Part shown: piece by piece, positions 53,904-62,898 of the stretch
Layout: each line of letters starts with the position of its first letter
How positions within the stretch are numbered: position 1 is the stretch's first letter
NCBI GenBank assembly: GCA_051652765.1
Contig: JBOFUV010000013.1
Location: 1-63,713, forward strand
Direction of reading: 5' to 3'
DNA length: 63,713 bases
Source of the DNA: Microcoleaceae cyanobacterium
GTDB taxonomy: Bacteria; Cyanobacteriota; Cyanobacteriia; Cyanobacteriales; Microcoleaceae
Notes under the pieces: model-generated
Told to the model about the DNA's origin: nothing
What the model saw: the letters and a program-made list of their open reading frames with translations, nothing else
The model's database searches: none
Position numbers and translations under genes: made by a program

Positions 53904-54086
53904 ATGGATGCAAAACTAATTCGAGAGCGGGTTGTATTGATTGAGAAGCAAAGAGAGTCCCTAGTGAAGTTGCTAGAGCAGCCCAACTTAGGAACTTTAA
54001 GAATTGATGTCAATCAAGCTTTAGAAGAGATTGACGAACTGATCGAAGAATTTAAACGCACATTTCCTGAACCTCAGAACTACTAA
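53904..54086 (+). CDS. Small helical hypothetical protein
   Basis: MDAKLIRERV...LGTLRIDVNQALEE; ATG at 53904. Confidence 0.7.
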   Translation: MDAKLIRERVVLIEKQRESLVKLLEQPNLGTLRIDVNQALEEIDELIEEFKRTFPEPQNY

Positions 54087-54377
54087 AGAACGACTGACTT
54101 TAATGTTCCAGGACAGCGTTTTTTTGACAGCTTCTGGAGAGACTTACGCCCCAACTGCAGCTCTATCACTCATACCCCGAGGGCACCCTCTAACCTGTCG
54201 TTTCTGGCGTTACCGGGTTTGCCCCTCAGTTGTTCTGTGTTTTCTAGATTCAGTCCTGAGTTCAGCAACCTTAAACTTTAACCTTAAACTTTTCATAAGT
54301 TTCTGTTCATAGTCTGATTAGAGAGTAGTGGAAGAATTTGTTGACACTAACAGCTTCCCAATCACCCTAGGAGACTT

Positions 54378-55244
54378 ATGAACGTTAAGGAAGTGTTTCA
54401 AGATCAGAAGAAGACTCAAATATTTTTTATTGTTGCTGGTTTGGCCGTTGCCGGAGCGATAGGCGCGTCGATCCTGTCTTCTGGTTTCAAGGTTGTTCCC
54501 GTGGGAGAAGTGGGATTGGTGGAAAACCGGGGTCAGCTCTCCCCTGAACCCCTGGAATCTGGAGTTCACTGGATTGGCCCTGGTAGCGAAATGATTACCT
54601 TCTCAACTCGGCTAAAAGACATTAAAGAAACTGTTGATGTCACCTCAAAAGAGGGATTGGGTCTCAATCTGGATGTGAGCCTCCAATATCGAGTTGATCC
54701 CGCCAAGGTTGGAGAAATTTATCAAAATATTGGCACCGATGAGCAAGAGATTGTAGTTTCTCGATTTCGATCCATTATTCGTCAGGTCACCGCCACCTAT
54801 GAAGTCAAGGATATCTATGGCGAAAAGCGCCAAGAAGTCGCCCAGCGATCGCGCCAAGCCCTAGAAGAAAAGCTGGCTCCTTTGGGGTTTATTGTGGAAG
54901 AAGCCTTGCTGAGAAACGTTGTTTTGCCAGAGCAGATTCAGAAAGCGGTTGCCGCAAAGTTGGTGGCGGCTCAGGAAAGTGAGCAGCAGAAATTCATCAA
55001 TCAAAAAGAACGCCAGGAATTGGAATTCAAGCTAGAGCGGGCCAGAAAAGAGGCAGAACGCCAAAAAATCGAGGCTCGAGGCACTTCTGACGCTCAGAAA
55101 ATTCTGTCTGAGAGTCTAACCGATAAAGTGCTCAATATGAAATCCATTGAGGCTACACAAGCCTTGGCTACGTCTGATAACACTAAGGTGATTGTGCTGG
55201 GCGGGGGCGACCAACAGCTTCCTTGGATTCTTCAAGGTCAATAG
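54378..55244 (+). CDS. SPFH/prohibitin-family protein
   Basis: N-terminal TM, TSKEGL, LLRNVVLP and a coiled coil EAERQKIEARG; GGAG RBS. Confidence 0.9.
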   Translation: MNVKEVFQDQKKTQIFFIVAGLAVAGAIGASILSSGFKVVPVGEVGLVENRGQLSPEPLESGVHWIGPGSEMITFSTRLKDIKETVDVTSKEGLGLNLDVSLQYRVDPAKVGEIYQNIGTDEQEIVVSRFRSIIRQVTATYEVKDIYGEKRQEVAQRSRQALEEKLAPLGFIVEEALLRNVVLPEQIQKAVAAKLVAAQESEQQKFINQKERQELEFKLERARKEAERQKIEARGTSDAQKILSESLTDKVLNMKSIEATQALATSDNTKVIVLGGGDQQLPWILQGQ

Positions 55245-55350
55245 TTTCAGGAATAGTTTCAGGTCTGACGCAGTATTCTACCCTGACCGTTTCAGTGACT
55301 ACTTTAGGTTGTGATCCAGTTTGGACAGGGTAGCGATACAATCTAGACTT

Positions 55351-57750
55351 ATGATCAACCAACCTACAACTCCCCCTATTCCTGGCTGTGCTTGGAGTCG
55401 TCCCATTGGCCTAGGATGGGAGAACGCTTACACTGTCCGTTACCCGAGCAACTTGGATGATGGCCCTTGGCATGGGGCACCGTTAGGAGGATTTGGGGCT
55501 GGATGTATTGGGCGATCGCCACGCGGAGAGTTCAATCTGTGGCATCTAGACGGGGGGGAGCACATTTTTCAGAACCTGCCGGGATGTCAGTTTAGTGTGT
55601 TTGAGGAGGCTCAAGGCAAACGGCAAGCCTATGCTCTCTGCACTGCACCTCCAGAGGATCGAAGTTTATCTACTTGGAACTGGTACCCCGCCTCAACGAC
55701 CGAGCAACAGACGGGTACCTATCATGCCCTCTATCCTCGCAGTTGGTTTGTTTACGAGAATGTCTTTCAAGCCCAGTTGAGCTGTGAGCAGTTCTCTCCG
55801 ATTTGGGCGGGGAACTATCAAGAAACCAGTTATCCGATTGCTGTGTTTGAATGGGTAGCTCACAATCCAACGGATCAGCCGATTACCCTGAGCATTTTGC
55901 TCACTTGGCAGAACACCCTGGGCTGGTTCACTAACGCCCTCAAAAATCCTCCGGTGCAAGTTCGGGACGACGGCAGTCCCGTGTATCACTATCAACCCCG
56001 CTGGGGAGACAGTACGGGAAATTTCAATCGGCTGGTGGAAAACTTTCACCGCATCGGTTGCCTCATGAGTCGCCTGAGTGCCAGTGAGGAGGTGCAGGAA
56101 GGGGAAGGACAAATGGCGATCGCCACCTTTACTAATCCTGCCGTTGAAGTGTACTACCATACCTGTTGGAATCCAGTGGGAACGGGCGAAGACATCTGGC
56201 GACACTTTGCCCAAGACGGTTCCTTGCTGGATGAACGGGGAGAACTGCCCGCTCCAGAAGGAGAGCAGACGGGGGCTGCAGTAGCCGTTAAACTGACTCT
56301 GCGACCGGGAAAAACCCGCAAAATCCCCTTTTTTCTGGCTTGGGACTTGCCGATTACGGAGTTTGAAGCAGAGGCGCGTTACTATCGGCGCTACACAGAC
56401 TTTTTTGGTCGGAATGGCACCAATGCTTGGTCAATGGTTCGAACGGCCATGAAACATTCCGATACCTGGCGAGAACAGATTGAAGCATGGCAAAATCCGG
56501 TTTTACAACGTCAAGATTGGCCGACAGCCTTAAAAATGGCCCTGTTCAATGAGCTTTATATTCTCGCAGATGGGGGAACGCTCTGGAGTGCGGCAGACGA
56601 AGACAGCCCGAAAGGGAAGTTTGCGGTCTTAGAATGTTTGGATTATCGCTGGTATGAAAGTTTGGATGTGCGATTGTACGGGTCTTTCGCCTTGTTACAA
56701 CTCTGGCCGGAGCTAGATAAATCTGTCCTCCTCGCTTTTGCCAAGGCGATTCCTCAAGGGGATCAAACGCTGAGAACCATTGGTTACAATCAAGCTCAGG
56801 GGATTCGGAAGACGATGGGCGCGACTCCTCATGATTTGGGCGCACCGAACGAACATCCCTGGAAAAAAACCAACTACACCAGCTATCAAGATTGCAACCT
56901 GTGGAAAGATTTGCCCTGCGATTTTGTCCTGCAAGTGTATCGAGATTTTGTCTTTACGGGGTCAACGGATTACGAGTTTTTGCAAGAGTGTTTGCCCGCT
57001 GTGATTGAAACCCTGGCCCATCTCAAAACCTTTGACCACGATCAGGATGGGATTCCAGAAAATAGCGGCGCACCCGATCAAACTTTTGACGATTGGCAAC
57101 TACGGGGGGTGAGTGCCTACTGTGGTGGGCTATGGCTGGCGGCATTGGCAGGGGCGATCGCAATTGTGGACGTTCTCCAAGCTCACCATCAGCTCCCCCC
57201 TGGCGTGACTAATCCAGATGAATTAATCACAACCTACCAAACCTGGTTCAAACAAAGCCAGCCTATTTATCAAGAGCTGCTCTGGAATGGGGAATTTTAT
57301 CGGCTAGATAGTGAGAGCGGTTCTGAAGTCGTTATGGCCGATCAGCTCTGTGGTCAGTTTTATGCTGCTCTCCTGGGGTTGCCCGATATTGTCCCAAGGG
57401 ACTGTGCCCAATCTGCCTTGAAAGCCATTTATGAGTCCTGTTTTTTGAACTTCTATCACGGACAGTTTGGAGCAGCCAACGGCGTGAAACGAGATGGAGA
57501 ACCTGTTAATCCGCAAGCCACTCATCCTCTAGAGGTTTGGGCAGGGATTAATTTTGGGTTGGCAGCGTTCATGATCCAGATGGGAATGAAGCAGGAAGGT
57601 TTGAAACTGACTGAAACCGTGATTCAACAAATCTATGACCATGGGTTGCAGTTCCGCACTCCCGAAGCTATTACAGCGGCTGGAACGTTTCGCGCTAGCC
57701 ACTATCTTCGAGCAATGGCCATCTGGGCTGTATATCATCAACTCTTGTGA
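55351..57750 (+). CDS. GH116-family glycoside hydrolase (GBA2-like)
   Basis: PLGGFGAGCIGR, LECLDYRWY..DV, PHDLG, DQTFDDW, DQLCGQ and FRTPEA...YLRAMAIW. Confidence 0.9.
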   Translation: MINQPTTPPIPGCAWSRPIGLGWENAYTVRYPSNLDDGPWHGAPLGGFGAGCIGRSPRGEFNLWHLDGGEHIFQNLPGCQFSVFEEAQGKRQAYALCTAPPEDRSLSTWNWYPASTTEQQTGTYHALYPRSWFVYENVFQAQLSCEQFSPIWAGNYQETSYPIAVFEWVAHNPTDQPITLSILLTWQNTLGWFTNALKNPPVQVRDDGSPVYHYQPRWGDSTGNFNRLVENFHRIGCLMSRLSASEEVQEGEGQMAIATFTNPAVEVYYHTCWNPVGTGEDIWRHFAQDGSLLDERGELPAPEGEQTGAAVAVKLTLRPGKTRKIPFFLAWDLPITEFEAEARYYRRYTDFFGRNGTNAWSMVRTAMKHSDTWREQIEAWQNPVLQRQDWPTALKMALFNELYILADGGTLWSAADEDSPKGKFAVLECLDYRWYESLDVRLYGSFALLQLWPELDKSVLLAFAKAIPQGDQTLRTIGYNQAQGIRKTMGATPHDLGAPNEHPWKKTNYTSYQDCNLWKDLPCDFVLQVYRDFVFTGSTDYEFLQECLPAVIETLAHLKTFDHDQDGIPENSGAPDQTFDDWQLRGVSAYCGGLWLAALAGAIAIVDVLQAHHQLPPGVTNPDELITTYQTWFKQSQPIYQELLWNGEFYRLDSESGSEVVMADQLCGQFYAALLGLPDIVPRDCAQSALKAIYESCFLNFYHGQFGAANGVKRDGEPVNPQATHPLEVWAGINFGLAAFMIQMGMKQEGLKLTETVIQQIYDHGLQFRTPEAITAAGTFRASHYLRAMAIWAVYHQLL

Positions 57751-57798
57751 ACGTTCCCGGTGAACGTTCCCGGTGAATGTTCCCGGTGAATGTTTCTG
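57747..57798. repeat. Tandem 13-mer GTGAAYGTTYCYG x4 starting at the GH116 stop
   Basis: Units at 57747, 57760, 57773 and 57786. Confidence 0.9.
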
Positions 57799-57848
57799 GT
57801 AAAGGTCTGTTGTAAACTTTGGGATTGACCTCCAAGATGGCCTCCACC

Positions 57849-58817
57849 CTAACGGCTCAGCTCTAACATCCGTTGGATCGGTCGTAAGGCTGCCCGTCGC
57901 GTTGCTTCAGGTACGTTAATTTCTGGAGTTTTATGTTTCATCGCCAGATAGAGCTTTTCTAAGGTATTCAGCCGCATGTGGGGGCATTCGTTACAGGCAC
58001 AGCTATTCATTGGCGGAGCCGGAATGAAAACCTTGTCCCTGGCTTCCTTTTGCATCTGGTGAATAATGCCGGGTTCCGTTGCGACGATGAAAGCAGAGCT
58101 AGAACTCTGTTGGGCGTATTTGAGCAATGCCGTGGTTGAACCGATATAATCCGCATGGCGCAGCACTTGAGGCTCACACTCTGGATGGGCAATCACTTCA
58201 GCCTCTGGATGTTCGATCTGAAGCTGAACAATTTTCTTCTCTGAAAAATTTTCATGCACCATACAGGCCCCTTCCCAAAGCACCAAGTCCCGCCCCGTTT
58301 CGGCCATAACATACCGACCCAAATTGCGATCGGGGGCAAAAATAATCGGTTGGTCTTCAGGGACTTGTCGCACAATCTCGACTGCGTTAGAACTGGTGCA
58401 AATAATATCGCTTAGAGCCTTGATCTCAGCCGTGCAGTTAATATAAGAAATGACCAGATGGTTGGGATGGGCTGCTTTAAACTGGGCAAATTCCTGGGGT
58501 GGGCAACTGTCTGCCAGGGAACAGCCTGCGTTCAAGTCCGGCAGCAACACGAGTTTGTCAGGATTGAGAATTTTCGCCGTTTCGGCCATGAAATGAACCC
58601 CCGCAAAAACAATCACCTCAGCATTCGTTGCCGCAGCCTGACGGGACAGTCCCAACGAGTCTCCGATGTAGTCCGCCACATCCTGAATATCTGGATCTTG
58701 ATAATAGTGAGCCAGAACGATCGCGTTTAACTCCTGCTTTAAGTCCTCGATCGCACCAAACAGATCGTCAGGCATTTTGTGAACCAAAGCTTGAAGAGGG
58801 ACTGTAGTCGTAAACAT
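57849..58817 (-). CDS. nadA: Quinolinate synthase
   Basis: [33 protein letters not shown] and CPHM. Confidence 0.96.
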   Translation of the reverse strand: MFTTTVPLQALVHKMPDDLFGAIEDLKQELNAIVLAHYYQDPDIQDVADYIGDSLGLSRQAAATNAEVIVFAGVHFMAETAKILNPDKLVLLPDLNAGCSLADSCPPQEFAQFKAAHPNHLVISYINCTAEIKALSDIICTSSNAVEIVRQVPEDQPIIFAPDRNLGRYVMAETGRDLVLWEGACMVHENFSEKKIVQLQIEHPEAEVIAHPECEPQVLRHADYIGSTTALLKYAQQSSSSAFIVATEPGIIHQMQKEARDKVFIPAPPMNSCACNECPHMRLNTLEKLYLAMKHKTPEINVPEATRRAALRPIQRMLELSR

Positions 58818-58984
58818 AGCTGATGACCTTACTTTCAACTGGATCAAGAGAATTTAACTTGTAATTATAGTTGATTTCACCAAAAAGTGGAGGGATTAGA
58901 TCACACCCACCCGAAGATTCATCACACACCGCCAAAAGTGCTTGGAATTGCCTATGCTAGAGAACAGACAGGAAGGGAGTAGCG

Positions 58985-59941
58985 ATGAAGTCTAAGTGCA
59001 ATCAGTCCACTAGCAGCGCAGTCAAAACCACAGTCAGCATTGCAGTAGTTGGAGATGTTCACAACCAGTGGGAACCCGAGGATGAATCAGCGTTAAAGGC
59101 TTTAGGAGTTGATCTTGTCCTATTTGTCGGAGATTTTGGCAATGAAGCGGTAGAGGTAGTAGAGGCGATCGCTGCGGTTGATCTCCCGAAGGCCATTGTA
59201 TTTGGGAATCATGATGCCTGGTACTCAATGACAGAGTGGGGCCGAGAGAAGTGTCCCTATGATCGCACCCTAGAAAACCGAGTTCAACGACAACTGGACT
59301 TGGTGGGTGAAGCCCACGTTGGCTATGGGAAGCGGGACTTCAAAGAGTTGGGACTGAGTGTTGTTGGCAGTCGTCCCTTTACTTGGGGAGGGCCGACCTG
59401 GAGAGATAGAGGGTTTTATACCGATTGGTTTGGTATTGACAGCCTTGAAGCCTCTACCAATCGAATTGTGGAAGCTGCCCAGAATACCGCTTACGATACC
59501 CTGATTTTTGTCGGCCACACAGGCCCATCTGGATTGGGAGTTGCACCAGAAGACCCCTGTGGCAAAGATTGGAAGCCGATTGGTGGAGACTATGGAGATC
59601 CGGATTTTGAACAGGCGATCGCCCGCACCCGCACCTTGGGTAAAGCTATTCCACTGGTTACTTTTGGTCATATGCACCACAACCTCCGCCATACCCACGC
59701 CCGACTTCGGAAATGTCTATCTGTTGATTCAGCAGGAACGATGTATTTGAATGCAGCTAGAGTTCCTCGGATTATGGAGGTTCAGCAAAAGAAACATCGC
59801 AATTTTTCTTTGGTATTGCTAGAGGCGGGAACTGTTACTCAAGCTTCTCTTGTTTGGGTAGGTGAAGACTTTCAGATTGCGTCCGAGGAAGTGTTGTATC
59901 ACCGACCCGAATTAGCTAAAGAGCCCATAGCAGTGTTATAA
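58985..59941 (+). CDS. Calcineurin-like metallophosphoesterase (TIGR04168-like)
   Basis: GDVH, VGDFGNE, GNHD and FGHMH. Confidence 0.85.
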   Translation: MKSKCNQSTSSAVKTTVSIAVVGDVHNQWEPEDESALKALGVDLVLFVGDFGNEAVEVVEAIAAVDLPKAIVFGNHDAWYSMTEWGREKCPYDRTLENRVQRQLDLVGEAHVGYGKRDFKELGLSVVGSRPFTWGGPTWRDRGFYTDWFGIDSLEASTNRIVEAAQNTAYDTLIFVGHTGPSGLGVAPEDPCGKDWKPIGGDYGDPDFEQAIARTRTLGKAIPLVTFGHMHHNLRHTHARLRKCLSVDSAGTMYLNAARVPRIMEVQQKKHRNFSLVLLEAGTVTQASLVWVGEDFQIASEEVLYHRPELAKEPIAVL

Positions 59942-60038
59942 TTCTATATTAGCTTTGATTGAAAAGATTTGAAGACAGCGATGATTTTCTAGTTTGATCA
60001 GAGCTTTTAGATTGGGTAGAACAATCATAAAGTTCTTT

Positions 60039-60123
60039 GGAGAGGTGGCAGAGTGGTCGAATGCGCTCGACTTGAAATCGAGTGTACAGAAATGTACCGG
60101 GGGTTCGAATCCCCCCCTCTCCG
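60039..60123 (+). tRNA. trnS: tRNA-Ser(TGA)
   Basis: GGAGAGG/CCTCTCC acceptor stem with G discriminator, anticodon arm CTCGA-CTTGAAA-TCGAG, long variable arm and GGTTCGAATCC. Confidence 0.97.
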
Positions 60124-60140
60124 TTGATTTGAATAATAGC

Positions 60141-60665
60141 TGAGGTGTGTTTGAGGTGCATTTGAGGTGCAAGATTCTTGCACCTCAAATCAATACCCCT
60201 CTGAACTCTCATTTGCAATAAGAGGGTTATCCCGAAAAAATAATAATAAGATATACGGCTCAGGTATCCCTTGTATCCCTTCTCCTTACACAGAGGGAGT
60301 TACAGGTATCACTTGAGGTATCACTTGGGTATCACTTGGGTATCACTTGCAATAAGTGAGGTTTTATTTGCAATAAGTAGGTTATTCCGAAAAAAATAAA
60401 ATAAGATGTATCCTCAACCCTCACTTCTATCACTTAGCCTTACACAGAGGGAGTTTAACCCTCACTTCAACCATCACTTGCAATAAGTTTGCCTCACAAC
60501 CATCACTTGAGCGCTCTGGAAGGGAGTTTCAGCCATTCTCAATAAGCATCGCTTAAGTGCTTTAATTTACGTCAATCCTTTCTGAGAGGGAGTTTCAGCC
60601 AATTTTACAACCCTCACTTGACCCTCACACAACCCTCACTTGCAATAAAGAAGGTTATTGAGAAT
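60141..60665. repeat. Nested repeat field
   Basis: GGTATCACTTG x4, (C)AACCMTCACTT x6, TTGCAATAA x5, AGGGAGTT x4 and a ~155 bp degenerate duplication. Confidence 0.9.
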
Positions 60666-60679
60666 ACAAACCCAAAACA

Positions 60680-60709
60680 AAACCCTTGAGCATTAACGCT
60701 CAAGGGTTT
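60680..60709 (-). terminator. Intrinsic terminator of the RHH/coiled-coil pair
   Basis: AAACCCTTGAGC-ATTAAC-GCTCAAGGGTTT perfect 12 bp stem; the minus strand continues TGTTTT. Confidence 0.75.
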
Positions 60710-60739
60710 CGTACAAAACAATGAAGAATGACCAGGTGC

Positions 60740-60985
60740 TCACCCTGAACCGCCATTAGGTCTGTCTCGTAACAAGTACTGCCATATTTGCCTAATCTCA
60801 GCCTGAAATGCAGTCCGGTCTCTATCAGCTTGCTGGTTGGCTAGACGAATTGATTCAACCAGGTTCAATGAGACGCGGGTAAGCTGCTCCAACTGACCTG
60901 AAAGATTGTCCTGACTCTGCCTCAACTGACTCAACTCCTGATCAATCTCCCTAAACCGTTGCTCAATCCCTTCAGAGCTAGTCAT
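60740..60985 (-). CDS. Small coiled-coil hypothetical protein
   Basis: Heptad pattern and C-terminal QAEIRQIWQYLL; ATGA overlap with the upstream gene and GGAG RBS. Confidence 0.75.
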   Translation of the reverse strand: MTSSEGIEQRFREIDQELSQLRQSQDNLSGQLEQLTRVSLNLVESIRLANQQADRDRTAFQAEIRQIWQYLLRDRPNGGSG

Positions 60986-61215
60986 TTTTGATCTCCGCTA
61001 GTGTCCTTCAATTCCGTTTCATTGGGCTTGCTGTTTTGTTCAACGTAACGCTTGAGTACGATTGACACGAAATTACTTAAAGTTCTGTCCTCAGCTTCAG
61101 CTAGTTCTTCTAGCCTTGCTTTGACTTCGTGTGGAAGGTAAGCAGTTATTCTGGCTTGCTGTACTTTGCCGCCCAAGTCCTCACCTAAATCAACTGCAAA
61201 TTTATTTTGTGTCAT
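60982..61215 (-). CDS. Ribbon-helix-helix (CopG-like) DNA-binding protein
   Basis: RITAYLPHEVKARLEELAEAEDRTLSNFVSIVLKRYV has the beta-alpha-alpha pattern. Confidence 0.85.
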   Translation of the reverse strand: MTQNKFAVDLGEDLGGKVQQARITAYLPHEVKARLEELAEAEDRTLSNFVSIVLKRYVEQNSKPNETELKDTSGDQK

Positions 61216-61399
61216 CTGTTGCCATCCTAACACTTTATGTTACTATGACTTTCATGCTACCACAGCAACCTATAGCAAGTAACAGCTATTGATAGTTAGT
61301 GATAGCCGAACACAGACAAAACAATACCCCCCTGATATCTCTGGCAAGAAACCATCAGAGGGGCTCACACAAAACCAATGGGAGCGACCCCAAAAGCTT

Positions 61400-61978
61400 A
61401 TGGAATCAATTCTATCCCTAAACCTCAATGAAACGCCCATCTACAGACTCAAGGCGATTGCTCTAGAGCAATTGCACCTGACCCCAGATCAGGTTAGAGC
61501 CTATGGCAACCTCACCTACAAAAAAACTTGGATCGCAGCAATTAGAGCCGTGATCGGAATCCCTCAACTTGAAATCCCTTTCCCTGAGGCAGTTCAGGAC
61601 ATAGAGAATGCAGCACCTGGCGTTGAACCCATCCCAGAAGTCTGGCAAGTGGCAACAGTATCAGGCGGGGTTGTCTCAGAGCACGAAACCTTTCTAGATG
61701 CCATGCACAAAGCAGAGCATTACCCAGGGGAGCTGCTGGCTGACTCAACCGATGGCGTTCTAGTGATTGACCCTAGTCAAGTCTCAGTAGAGTATCTCAG
61801 CTATTACGAGCTGAGCCATGAAGCCACGCCTCAACAGAAACAGGATGTCATTGAGCAATTCAAACGAGCAGGCATTGCTGAGGCTGAAATAGAGCAACTC
61901 AGGTGCTCACCCTTGCCCCGTTGGATGGCCTCAGTCTGTGAGGGATTTATTGAGGGTTTATCACTTTCACCCTGTTAG
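61400..61978 (+). CDS. Hypothetical protein
   Basis: ATG at 61400 with GGAG upstream; first gene of the plus-strand cluster. Confidence 0.65.
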   Translation: MESILSLNLNETPIYRLKAIALEQLHLTPDQVRAYGNLTYKKTWIAAIRAVIGIPQLEIPFPEAVQDIENAAPGVEPIPEVWQVATVSGGVVSEHETFLDAMHKAEHYPGELLADSTDGVLVIDPSQVSVEYLSYYELSHEATPQQKQDVIEQFKRAGIAEAEIEQLRCSPLPRWMASVCEGFIEGLSLSPC

Positions 61979-61989
61979 AGGAATCAACC

Positions 61990-62250
61990 ATGAGCCAATT
62001 TCTTGAGCTGATACAGACAACCCCTGATGATGAGGTAGTAACCTCAAAAAAATATCTGAATCCTTCAGCAATCATCAGCTTTGAGTTTTACTATTCTCGA
62101 AACGTTAAAGGCGCTGAAATTTCATCGGTATCTATTCATTTTCAAGGAGATTCTAAATCTCTAAACCTTAGAAAATTATCGTTTACTGCTGATTCTTGGA
62201 TGAAGTTTATCGTTGATTTAAACGCCTATGCAGAGATTACGCCCTTCTAA
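61990..62250 (+). CDS. Small hypothetical protein
   Basis: GAGGA RBS; YLNPSAIISFE beta-rich motif. Confidence 0.65.
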   Translation: MSQFLELIQTTPDDEVVTSKKYLNPSAIISFEFYYSRNVKGAEISSVSIHFQGDSKSLNLRKLSFTADSWMKFIVDLNAYAEITPF

Positions 62251-62346
62251 GGCAAGGGTTGTCAACACTTAAATCTGTAGGGCTTGGGCGGCATTTGTGG
62301 GAGTGGAGTAACCCTCATCAAACTATCAACTTAGGAGACAAAACAC

Positions 62347-62823
62347 ATGATCGGATTTCTCAGAGGAGAAGACCTCAGTTCCAGAATCGCACCCGTAGAA
62401 GGGCAACATTCTAATCTAAATGGAACTGATGTATTTCAAAGCAAGGGCATTACCCCAAACAATCCTGGTAACTGGGAGAGTTATCGAACAGCACCCGTTG
62501 TAGATCAGGCGCGATGCTTTGACAGCGCTGAGGCACAAGCCCTAGCAGACCTAGCAGACGAACAAGAGCAGACATTATCCTCTACTCGCAAGGGCTATCG
62601 AGCGTTAAAGCGACTCACCCAGACAGACACCCGTGTAAACCAAGCTCATGAGAAATACCGTCAAGTTGAAGCGGGTCAAGAGCTGCAACGGCAATCAGCC
62701 AAGCTGCAATCTACTAAATACTTGCACTCTCTCAGACCGGGCTATGCCAAGCTTGGACACTCTCTAGAGGGTTCAGCAAACCGGGCAGACCAAGCAATCG
62801 CCAAGCTCTTAGGCGGTCTCTAA
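62347..62823 (+). CDS. Hypothetical helical/coiled-coil protein
   Basis: AGGAGA RBS and a 158-aa ORF. Confidence 0.75.
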   Translation: MIGFLRGEDLSSRIAPVEGQHSNLNGTDVFQSKGITPNNPGNWESYRTAPVVDQARCFDSAEAQALADLADEQEQTLSSTRKGYRALKRLTQTDTRVNQAHEKYRQVEAGQELQRQSAKLQSTKYLHSLRPGYAKLGHSLEGSANRADQAIAKLLGGL

Positions 62824-62898
62824 CGACCCGTTGAACGACAAAGACCCCATGAGGTGCAGTCATGGGGTCATAGTAAATCCCTTCACAATAGAATTACC

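Larger units (their letters stand above)
1050..59622. repeat. HIP1 octamer GCGATCGC dispersed through the host-like part of the window
   Basis: Dozens of copies seen by eye, first at 1050 and last at 59615. None found after tRNA-Ser. Confidence 0.9.

Noticed and set aside
54103..54312. 69-aa ORF
   Set aside because: It has no recognisable features, and nested base-pairing fits an RNA structure better.
60124..60200. Tn7/CAST transposon end after the tRNA
   Set aside because: I saw no convincing TGT-initiated end with TnsB-type repeats, and no tns or cas12k genes.
59936..60218. Two minus-strand ORFs
   Set aside because: They are antisense to tRNA-Ser and its flanking hairpin.
60211..60665. 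CRISPR array
   Set aside because: There is no constant 25-40 bp repeat with unique equal-length spacers, and no cas genes in the window.
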